From positions 6,634,001 to 6,698,000 of the forward strand of contig CM035352.1 in the NCBI GenBank assembly GCA_020137815.1: a stretch of 64,000 bases of DNA. Reading direction: 5' to 3'. This document shows, piece after piece, positions 48,726 to 58,131 of this stretch. Origin of the DNA: Hormiphora californensis (lineage: Eukaryota; Animalia; Ctenophora). The notes under the pieces are model-generated. The model ran no database searches, was not told the origin of the DNA, and saw only the letters and a program-made list of their open reading frames with translations. A program made the translations under genes and the position numbers. Numbering within the stretch: the first letter of the stretch is position 1; every line of letters begins with the position of its first letter.

Positions 48726-51700
48726 GAGAGAGAGATAGAAAGACGGAAAGTTTTAGAGTGATTCGACCCTGTTTAAAAATGACGTAATATGATCTCACTG
48801 CTCGATATGATCCTGGTAGTTTGATGTTGACAGACCTCTTAAATTCGTATTGTGTAGAGCATAGAGCTTCTACATAACAGTGTCGAGCTCTCTGCTCTCT
48901 ATCTCTGCTTGTTTAGTTTTTGGTCACTTTCTTCTGCTGTTTCTTTCTTCTATCATGTAACTTTCTTTCCATATTCTGCGTGTTGTTACTCACAGACGTC
49001 TTAATTTCATCTGACAGCTGACCTCCTGTTCTGCAAGTTATTCCTGACCAATATGTGGACTCAGTAGCTTGAATACTGCCCATACCCCCCAGCTACTGCA
49101 GAAGCATTCTCACTTTTTCTACCTTTGAGTTCCTTATTCCGTATTCTCCCATCTCTAAAGTTTCAGCTTGTAACATATTTGCATAGTACATAGTACTTGC
49201 ATTAGTACGTACGTACTGCAATCAAACCTCGATTTACCGGACTCCTTGGGGGAAGAATTGTTGTGCACGGTAATTCGAGTTAATGAAATAGAGTTATCCG
49301 GTGAATCGAGGTTAGACTGTAACATATGTTTTATCACACAAAAAGAACTATAACCGACTATAACTCGACCAATTGCTATAGCTGATGTTTGAGGTCAACA
49401 CGACCTCAATTACCACCAGTCCAAGCACTTGATGAGACCCTGGGATTTGGAGGGAGGGTAACCCTGATTATACTAAACGTTATCATTATCATTGTGGCAG
49501 TCTCTGGTAATGCTCTCGTCTTATATGGGTGAGTACTGAGTGTGTCTTTATTCTAGAACCCCCTTTCAACAAATAAAATGCCGTTTTGATTCATTGATGC
49601 ATTACATAATCATGATAATGTCCTCCTTAAAATTATAAGTCGGTGTTAGCTAATACCACTCCTCGCAACAATAGGTCAGCTAACACCCCCTCCTCCCGAT
49701 ATAATATTCCAGCTAATACCCCCTCCTCCCATTAATAGGTCAGCGTGCCACAATGCTCTCAAAATGGATCGGGTTAGTGTGATACTGGTGAGGAACATTG
49801 CAGTAGCGGACATTCTAATAACCATCCTCTTTTATCTACCTGCACTGGTATGTGCTTGTAGTATCATATCTTCGGGAAACAACAACCAATTACGAATTTT
49901 ACATCTATGTAAAATTCATAATAGTGTTTATAATTTCACTTCATTTCAGTTAGATTTCACCAAATGGATTCTCTCCAATATTTGTAACAAACCACCTCAC
50001 TTCAGATTAACCTGATTTACAATAAATGGGTCCTGGGCAGCGCCCTGTGTTTTATCAATGGTTGGTTTAGCTTGGTGCCCACCATAGTGGAAATACTCTC
50101 CCTGGCTATCCTATCCGGCTACCGACTTGCCATAATTAAAGGTAGGGAAAGGTACTACTGTACTGACCAGAGAATGATTGTAAGCTTTCACTAGCTGCTA
50201 GTCCATATATTGTATCTCTTTTTCTCTCGCTTAGCTTAGTTCATTTCTATAGAAGTAACCTAAGCTCCAAATCCATGCTCCAAACGTTCCACAGGTAAGG
50301 CGAAGAACAGCCTCCGAATGGACCCAGCAAAATGGTATCTTGTTCTCCTTCTCCTCTGGACGTTCATATTTATCCTTCCCTTCCTCTCGCCCCTGATTCA
50401 AGTAGTCCCTTACTACGACCCCTGGACACAGTCTTGCAATTCTTCTGATGTTAGCGACGATCATGGTCTAAGCCTCAAGGTAACAAAATATGCATAGTTT
50501 ATTTATTGAATGTATAAAATACACCGATCAGCAGGATACTTGGTATTTGGTACTTGCTCAACCTTTCAACATCATTCCCACTACAACTGAACCTTTCAAC
50601 AAAATGCTGAATATAACTTTATACAGCTGATTCACTAACTCGGAGTTTTTTCAGGTAGTTGTAATGGCTCTCTTCAGTTTCTTCTTTACCTTCCTCCCCA
50701 TGGTGTTAGTGACTCTGGTCAACTTCTCCATCATCCACTCTATCATACAATCCCGGAAAGCAGTCGAATCCTCCTCCTCCTCCTCGTGCTCCCCTGCTCG
50801 AACACTAAAGACTATCCCGCTCATATCTCTAACTTTTATAGCATCCTACCTTCCCTACCTCATAGCTCTAATAGCAAACCTCATTTCCCCTATGCCGGAC
50901 TGGTGGAGGACAGTTTCGTTTTATTTTGCTGCGATAAACACCATGGCAAACCCGTTAATTTATTTTTGTGTGAATATAAAGTTTCGCCGTTTTATTCTGG
51001 CATTCGCCCGGAGGATCCTGTTAGGAGCGAGTTTGAGGTTGTCTGATTCAAGTGAGCCAACACAAAATAATGTTGTGGCTAAGTAGTATGAAATTGAAAA
51101 TACTTCAGAGACAATATTCACTCTGCTTGAATTTACATACCTGCCCAAAGTCGATGATCACAATAGAAGAGTTTTTATCCGTGAAGCTCTCTGGGAGGAT
51201 CAGAAGGGGTGCCTGGATCCTCAGCAAAATATCCCATCTGAAGATTTACAGTTTTAAATTGAATTTGACTACAATCCTGCTCATCTCATCATGAACTCTT
51301 GAGTTTTATAGTGCCTAAATTAGACACAGTTTGGTTTACTGAGCAGCAGTAGCTGTCCATGAAAGTCTACAGAGAAGCTGATTGTGCGAGGAGTACAACA
51401 TCTCTGCTATTATTTGAACTAATGTTTGCTATAATTTACTGTTTTCTTTTACCGTTTGAAATCCCGTAGTTTTCCAGTGAAAATCTTATCGATTGTACTG
51501 CGAAGTTGGTGTTTAGTTTTGCTCCTCAGTTCGCCCAACCGAGCCAGGGCTGCCTCAACCACAAAATCAATAGTCGGGTCCAGGGCGAAGAAGTTCGTTA
51601 CTCTGCGGAGAAATTGGAAATGTAGTGGTAATGTTATACTTTATGACTGTCTCGGTCCGATTCGGAGAGGGCTTTTGTGGGACAAGGTAAGTAGGAAAGG

Positions 51701-54700
51701 CAGGAGGATATAGGGGAATGCAATTGTCACGGATATATCCTCTAGAATCAAGAATATGCAAGTTCAGTTGACAATTACCTATCAATTATATCCTCGTTAT
51801 AAACAATATCAAGGGGCTGGGTAGTCACTCTGACCAGAAGATCGAGTGCAGGGGATACCGGGTTCAGTTCGTAGTATATATCCAGCACTGGTTGGGGAGT
51901 GCTAACTGGACGGAGCTGGGACCGGCATATCACATGGGGTAGCAAGTCGCTCCGTTGGGTATGGTTATCGAGAGTTATATCCTGCACAGAGAGAGAGGGG
52001 TTATCGAGATAAAGAGATTAGAAAAGAGCCTAAAAGCTCCATACCTAGCTGTCGAACTACATAGGGTAGCGACTGGCTATTTGAAACAGTTTTTCACTTT
52101 TTTCCCTTGCCTGCCCACAAATCAAGTCGAACCCAAATTTTTTTGACCTTGTGTTACCGAGACAGTCCCTGGGTAGTTTTTGGGGTGGTTGGAGATGTCT
52201 CATTTTGGCTTCCGGGGCCAGGGTCACGTGATATCTATCCAAATTTGGTGTTTCAGTTAGCCCGCCTCGGTCTGCTAATTTGAAACACCCGTATCTCCCT
52301 CAATTTCTCCACGAAACCGAAATTTTTGACATGGAATAGTTAGAAAAGGGTTGTGCAGAGCCATTCCATGTCTGAAATCTGAATTTGGTTGCATGTGCTT
52401 GGTGCAGTTAATGTTTCCAAAAAGTGTTTCAAATAGCCAGGAAAACGGTTTTTGCCCCAAATTCGGCCAATTTTTGGCGGAAATGGCTTAAATCATAATT
52501 CATATCCTCCCTATGCTCAAAATGAACATCAAAAATTTCCGACAGCGGATTTGGAGAAAAGTGTTTCAAATAGCCCTCCTCAGTGTTTCAAATTACCAGA
52601 ATCGCTTGCCCTGCAGATCATAACATATCGGAAACCACTGAACCCGACTAATTTCGATATGCTGAATCACGTAAGCAACTTTTCCAATCCGTCTGAGGCC
52701 GATTAAGTGCCCTAATTGAGTATAATTGGGTCTAATTGACCTTAATTGCTCAATTAAGGTACTTTCCCGACCTCCGAGGGATTGGAAAGGCTGCTTACGT
52801 GATTCAGCGTATCAAAATTAGTCGGAAAAGTGCCCTCACATAAGTATAAATCATTTCCCGGTGAAAAGTTGTAAATGGGGTCATTAAGACCCAATTATGC
52901 TTAATTAGAACACTTTTCCGATCTGAGACGGAGCCCAGAGGTTTTAAAAAGCTATTTATAGTTATATTTAATTTTCTCAATTTTCATTTTTTGAAATAAA
53001 AAGGAAATCTTTGAACTTTTTATTTAAACACAAGGATTGTTTCTATTCCAGAATTTAAAATAACGGCATGTCTACCAACTGTTTGCTAGGCATCTCCCAA
53101 GACAAGCTACTACATTACATACGCGGCACTGCGTTTCAAATAGCCAGACCATGCGTTTCAAATAGTCAGACACTGTTTCACATTGGCAGGCGTTTCAAAT
53201 AGCCAGTGGCTACCCTATGTATTGTATCCTAAACAGAAAGTGAGAAAGTAAGAATAAACTAACACCAACTAATTTAACTAGAAACTAGTATTATAATCAC
53301 GAACCTGTAGAGAAGCAGATAACACAGTTGTTCCTGTTTTCATCCTGTATTCAGCCCCAACTCTAAGGTCTACAAATGAAAACTCCACTAAACTCCTGTC
53401 CTCAGACCCAGTCTGGTCTACAAGGAGCACTGAACCGTGGAGTAACTTGGCAGATAACTTCCCAAATACTGCATCCTTGTCGAAGAAGATGGAGTAATCT
53501 ACAACGGGAGCCGCTGCTGCCTCGGCTTCTTCCGCCGGAACATCTGATGGAGAGGGGGAGTTGAAAGGGAACATCTGGTGAAAAAGAGAAGGAGGTAAAA
53601 TAAAAGGTGACCACAAAATAATGAACACAACGTAGAAACCGGAACTACACATCTTGTAATCCTCTAGCTGCAGCTATTTGACTTGGTACCTTTTGAGCCA
53701 GTCCAGCTCCATACCCAGCTTCCCCAGCTGCCCGCTGCAGCAGCACGGGGAGTGATGGAGCTCAGTGCCCTGCTGAGGGCTAGAGATCTCATAATGTAAA
53801 CCTCGTCATATGACAACCCCTCCTCCAGCGGGATAAGATCCTTTCTAACTAACTCCTGAAGAGAGAGATTAGAGAGAGTCACCATACTACTTTCCCTCTT
53901 TATATTGTAGAGAGGGAGATATCAATTATCATCTCGTCTGACTATAGGTCGTCATACTTAAATTACATATTATGTACTAGAAACAGGATCTTTACCTTAA
54001 TTTCTGGTTTGACCAACATCGTCTCGTATAGTGAAACATACTGGACTAAGAGACGGGCACGAGAAGTCAGGAATGCTGTTCGGAGCCGGGATAGTCGCTG
54101 AGCAATGGGAGCTTTTACGGCCGAAATGGCAAACACCCACCAAGCCTGTGCGTTCCCTTTTACCGGAATACACGGGTGCCATTGTCGGTTTCTGAAGTAG
54201 TGAAGAAGGGATAAAACATGAAACATTTATATTGCAAATTAAACAAAGAGAACTTGTTTTTCTACACGTGTAGTAGGTATAATAATAATAATATCCGTAC
54301 TTGTATACACGCTCATACCATATAGGTAACTAGAAAAAAACAACTAGTAAACTACACGGCAATCAGAGCGGTTCACCATTGCAAATATATCTAGAGTATA
54401 TAAAGTAAAAATAATGTTCTTAATCCAAATTAAAAGTCCGGTGCTCTGATGCTCAAAAGTCCAGTCACAAAAAACCTTACTTAATTTAAATCAACACACA
54501 AACTCGAACACAGCAGTCACATACTGTTTCTCACACTTCCTCCACCTTGCCACCTCGAATCCCAAATGTCTTCCCCGGCTCCGCATCCTTCCTCTCCTTC
54601 AACGCTACCACCAGCTTCCTCCTCTCCTTCCTCTCCTCTGGAGAACGGTCAGGGGAAATGTAGACATTTTTGTGCCTTTCAGAGTTCTTCAGAGATTTCT

Positions 54701-57692
54701 TACTGGACAGTACTTGATCTCGGAAGTCTTTGCCACATAAACGTAGCTTTACAGGCCGGTCAGAACCATCCTTGTATTTCCCAAGTCGCTTCATACTGGA
54801 AATACCAGTAATACACGCACCCATACTGTTAAACACTCGCTTAATTTCGTTCTCCAGATCCTCATCGTTCTCAGCCCGGTCATCAAACAGACCATGCACA
54901 ATAACATTGTTCGCCCTGTCCTCTGTCGCTACAGCAATAGCATGACGTACCCGCTGCGGTGCTAGGGCAGTCTCACAGTTTTTCTGGAGAAGATTTAATC
55001 TCCTTCTCAGCGGTAGACTGCACGGCAATGATCTCACCGTCTCTCTTCTCCAACAGCTCACACTGTAGCTTGACTAAGCGGTCCTGGGCCTCAACCAACA
55101 ATCGCTGTGCGGTGATAAGCTCCTCTTGACAGTTAATGATTCTCCTCTCACACTCCTCAGTTTCAATAGACAGCTTGTCAATCGCCGGGTAACACCGCTC
55201 AACCAGCAAGCGACAGGCCTTCTCAGCAAACTCAGCAAGTTCAGGTTTTCCCACTCCCTTGATCTTACTCTTACTAGGACACTTCAGATTGTCCCAGAAA
55301 CAGGAAGCTGAACTAGCAGACCATTTCTTGGGGAATGAATCTGCCTCCTTCACATGAACAAACAGTTCTCGCACTAGGTCCACAACTTCACTCTGAACCT
55401 CACGGTATACCACCTTTGTCACTCTTTCATCACTGTTCACTCTGAGTCGGTTAGAAAAGCTGTTTCCAGAAGCAGTACTACCACTCATGACAGGTGAGCA
55501 CGAGGTGAGCACAGGGTGTTACAATTGGAGAGATGCTTGCGAACTTGACTGATAAGGGAGCTCACAAAACGGCACAAAAGCTGGAACAAGATAACAATAT
55601 AAGGTATACACCAAAAATAATAATATGAACTTACAATTTGACCCGTCTCTGGCAATCAATAATGTTGAGTATTCTGGCTCCCATATGATATTGTTTGCTG
55701 GTTAGTTTTAGTCGGATATCTTGGAGTGTTAGACTTGAGGTAAACCGAGCCTGATCATAACTTATCAGTGGCTCAGTACTTTTGTTTTGTGTCAACTCGA
55801 TCTTCGCTGATATAGGTTCCAGCACGTAGCACAACTGGAAGAGAAATGTGTTTTATAAAAATCACATTTTATAAAGGAGCAGATGTTTTTATGAAGGAGC
55901 AAACCTCATCTTCCATACAGTTATTCCCAAAGTTCCAATACACTGCCAAATCCTCCAGGTGGACCTCCTTTAGAACACAACCGTCCTCTGATGTAGCAGA
56001 CAAGGATGGTTGGGTAGAAAGGTGTTTTATTGTGATACCAACACAAAACGGAATTGAGGGAACTGAAACCCTGTCTTCGTACCGAATGTGCACATCATTC
56101 ACAACAAACTGAGAGAAGGGAATTAATGAGGGGGGGGGGGTTCCAGTTTTGTAAATTCACCCCTCTAGTTGTGATCATCAGAAATCACTTGAGAAGTATC
56201 AAGTGAAATTATACCTTGCCAATTAAAATTCAAATATCCAGTCGAGATGCTCGTGGGGGAGGGGGGTTTGCCCGGTAAATCGGGGGCGCCCGATTAATAT
56301 ACCGGGGTTCGACTGTACCTTCAAGTTCTCTATCACAGAGGTGAAGTAGGATGATGCGAAGGAAGACAGCCAGCCCTTTGATTGTGCATACAGTCTCTGT
56401 GAGATCTGCTGCTCAAGGCTCTCTAGTTTCCGTTGCAGTGCAGCCTTCACTTGTTCTTCCTCTCGTTCGGGGTCGTACTAAAAAAGAACGTGATTTCTAG
56501 CAATAGAAGGGAATTAATAGTGGTGTTTTAAAATGTATTGTGGTACACAATTTGATCGGTAACTTCACGTGATTTCATACAGTCTACACCAACACATGAA
56601 ATAAAATCAATGAACGAGTTGTGTTTTACCCTTGAGAAACCTTTACAGTTCTGAAAATGTTAAATAAAATAAAGTTCACTGTTCAGATTTGAAGAATTTT
56701 ATCAAAATTCTAGAAGGCTGAATCACTGATAGTTCTAACTCCACAGAAAGAGGAGGAAGTATATCTCATTTAGTACAGTTAGTACACTGGAAGCAGTAAT
56801 TGTACACTCGCTATATTGTACTTCTCTTGCGAGATCATAATATGCATTATGACGGATGCCACGCCTGGCTAATCTAGTGCATATCCTTGTAGAATGTTAG
56901 ACAGGGATTTGAAACTAAAGAGTTTTTTTCTCACGTCAGCGCGGCTATTTCTCGATCCATGTGACAGTCCGAATATAGAGGGTTCTGCCCAGAGTTTATC
57001 CTTATTACTTGTCCCATCACTTCACAATTTAATATGGGAAGGGGTAACTACTTCCCCCCTGTACAATAATTGATTCCCTACCTCGCTGCCTTGATAAGGC
57101 GTTGCATGAATGTAGAGTTGTGAGAGGCACAGTACAATACTGTTACTACTGATACCAGCTGTTACTGGGACCTGCAGTTGCAGCTTACCCACAGTACCTG
57201 AGAGAGAAATGATGAGGGGTCATGGGAAGTGGTAGTAAGAGTGGGGTAAGAGTGGGGTAAGAGTGGGGTAAGAGTGGGGTAAGAGTGGGGTAAGAGTGGG
57301 GTAAGAGTGGGGTAAGAGTGGGGTAAGAGTGGGGTAAGAGTGGGGTAAGAGTGGGGTAAGAGTGGGGTAAGAGTGGGGTAAGAGTGAGTTTTTAAAACCT
57401 ACCATCTGTAACCTTGAAGGGGAGATTGAGAGTTTCTAGTGCATCTTCTCTGAGTTTGAGATTTTCAAGCTCGACCGATCCCTGTGTCAGGCCAATGTGT
57501 ACCTAAGAAGGGTGGGTTTATAAATTAGATGGCATTTCTTTTAGACATACTTGAGTCATGGTTACCATGGTTACCATCACTACATGCTACATCAATACAA
57601 GTGTTTACCTGGTGCAAGTTAACGTTGCTAAGGTAACGGGCAAGGTATTTGTTTAGGAGCCATTCTGTGAAACTGTGGACTTGTCTCCACAT
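22898..57692 (-). CDS. VPS13D: Bulk lipid-transfer protein VPS13D, multi-exon (~35 kb; first exon 57609-57692, last ~22898-23283)
   Basis: Chorein-N (MWRQVHSFTEWLLNKYLARYL; GSVELENLKLR; NDVHIRYED), IQAPLLILP, TPPSTP, GWEPLVE, VAB region (FTWPRHDKDHLFCVR..WSGGF; PYHWDEP), ricin-like QHWTID, C-terminal GLFKGVVGTITKPAVGVFD and RMRLPR. Confidence 0.93.
24545..24650. repeat. AT-rich fold-back/inverted repeat in a VPS13D intron
   Basis: tattaatttagtgtcacta..atcgttgtttatc / gataaacaacgat..tagtgatactaaattaata. Confidence 0.65.
25477..26181 (+). CDS. Intronless protein with N-terminal membrane anchor and long acidic region, nested antisense in a VPS13D intron
   Basis: Open ~234-aa frame from ATG 25477; LLLATCTAGAAALAIWWAYRR anchor; E/D-rich; no recognised family. 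Confidence 0.65.
   Translation: MLSFNSKLLLATCTAGAAALAIWWAYRREDKDEPKDDLTITEIEKSKEIIEDTALVEDVVEVTETDEVTMMQDEVDMPDEVDITVSEEGEDVGGMSRGRSMLSLSTSSTLCNSRDRMMGSMGLIIEEEEEEDSDEYEEGEILVFSDSEESEEKGEVSEAEIEGEVKIDENLNVEVVPQNVEVRTEEPRTLSTGSIFPPPPPRQMTYAEFRSLAIEAEWQEALAHAMRIPDMSEF
28130..28268. repeat. 32-bp tandem repeat (~4 copies) in a short VPS13D intron
   Basis: cccatataaggtgttgttacaatcacgtaatg repeated. Confidence 0.85.
29752..29830. repeat. 18-bp tandem repeat (~4 copies) plus duplicated acceptor-region segment
   Basis: agttgagagaaggaggga repeats; ctgctcgtgggtactgacagagagtgg occurs twice (~29667, ~29723). Confidence 0.8.
30044..30152. mobile_element. 109-bp hAT-type MITE
   Basis: TIR CAGGAACCGACCGAA; 8-bp TSD ctgataag. 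Confidence 0.92.
33257..33469. mobile_element. Near-perfect fold-back MITE
   Basis: ~100-bp arms gggtagcgactggctatttgaaatggcggc.../...gccgccatttcaaatagccagtcgttaccc; TA flanks. Confidence 0.9.
36451..36555. repeat. Small inverted-repeat (MITE-like) element
   Basis: acaaatagagttaacttgtcac / gtgacaagttaactctatttgt. Confidence 0.6.
39372..39765. repeat. (GA)n and degenerate (TC)n microsatellites
   Basis: Direct inspection; abuts a VPS13D acceptor. Confidence 0.85.
40479..40589. mobile_element. Second copy (inverted) of the hAT-type MITE
   Basis: caggaaccgaccgaa...ttcggtcggttcagctg; 8-bp TSD ctattatc. Confidence 0.9.
44490..45598. mobile_element. Non-autonomous Tc1/mariner-like element with ~125-bp TIRs
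   Basis: TIR ccgcgcggcccaaaaaaaactaagggtacg...; TA TSD; additional internal inverted repeat. Confidence 0.92.
45806..45864. mobile_element. Short MITE remnant (CTCGATTTA TIR family)
   Basis: tcaaacctcgattta...taaatcgaggtttga. Confidence 0.6.
46438..47238. repeat. (GGGA)n tetranucleotide tract decaying into G-rich low-complexity sequence
   Basis: Direct inspection; abuts the VPS13D acceptor at ~46435. Confidence 0.85.
47762..47844. repeat. 21-bp tandem repeat, 4 copies
   Basis: atcacgtcgtcacactgacgg. Confidence 0.9.
48631..48736. repeat. (GA)n microsatellite
   Basis: Direct inspection. Confidence 0.9.
49219..49319. mobile_element. Short MITE (CTCGATTTACCGG TIR family)
   Basis: caatcaaacctcgatttaccgg...ccggtgaatcgaggttagactg. 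Confidence 0.7.
49385..51086 (+). CDS. Rhodopsin-like GPCR, 5 exons (49385-49528, 49739-49847, 50006-50141, 50295-50479, 50655-51086), nested antisense in a VPS13D intron; +1 frameshift near 49430
   Basis: GNALV (TM1), NIAVADI (TM2), KWVLGSALC, SGYRL, SYLPY, NTMANPLIY; GT-AG introns. Confidence 0.87.
52064..53215. mobile_element. ~1.15-kb non-autonomous TIR element, same family as 33257-33469
   Basis: gggtagcgactggctatttgaaac.../tttcaaatagccagtggctaccc; repeated tttcaaatagcc subterminal motif; TA flanks. Confidence 0.88.
54282..55601 (-). mobile_element. ORF1-only non-LTR retroelement (frameshifted ORF 55488-54531)
   Basis: Coiled coil followed by NVIVHGL..RLGK..RPVKLRL..VYISPDRSPEER (LINE ORF1 RRM/CTD type); (ATT)n tail; TSD aggtata (54275-81, 55602-08); no RT. 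Confidence 0.78.
56239..56315. mobile_element. Degenerate CAGTCG-TIR MITE abutting a VPS13D donor site
   Basis: cagtcga...ccggtaaatcggggg...ggggttcgactg-ta. Confidence 0.55.
57235..57385. repeat. 11-bp tandem repeat, ~14 copies, in VPS13D intron 2
   Basis: gtaagagtggg. Confidence 0.93.
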
Positions 57693-58131
57693 ACCAAGTT
57701 ACCAATCGTCACGCATTGTCAAAAGTTACATTTCTGGGATACATTGTGATATTTGATACTTTTACTTGTATTAGGTCATGGAACAACAACAACAACAACA
57801 ACAAAATGGATTTATATACCGACTAAATAGACAAGTACTCTCGATTGGTTCGAAGAGCAATTGCCATTCATAGCGGTTCTCTCATCCTATCTTGACATAT
57901 TGGTTGACAAAAGGTCGTAAATGGTAACTCATACTGGTGACTTATAACTGACATATATAGTAGACTTTATTAACTCTCAACACTTGGTGACTGTGGGTGA
58001 CAAGTATAATCAGAAAAAAATAATAACAAAAATGATAAACTGAATAGTATCTTAGATTATAAAGAATTATGTGACAGCAGCAGGGGTGACCGTGTGAGAA
58101 CGGGGACTAATGAATAACCGAAAAGAAATTA

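Noticed and set aside
57235-57385. Array of G|GTAAGA donor-like sites
   Set aside because: Lies on the strand opposite VPS13D with no plus-strand gene nearby
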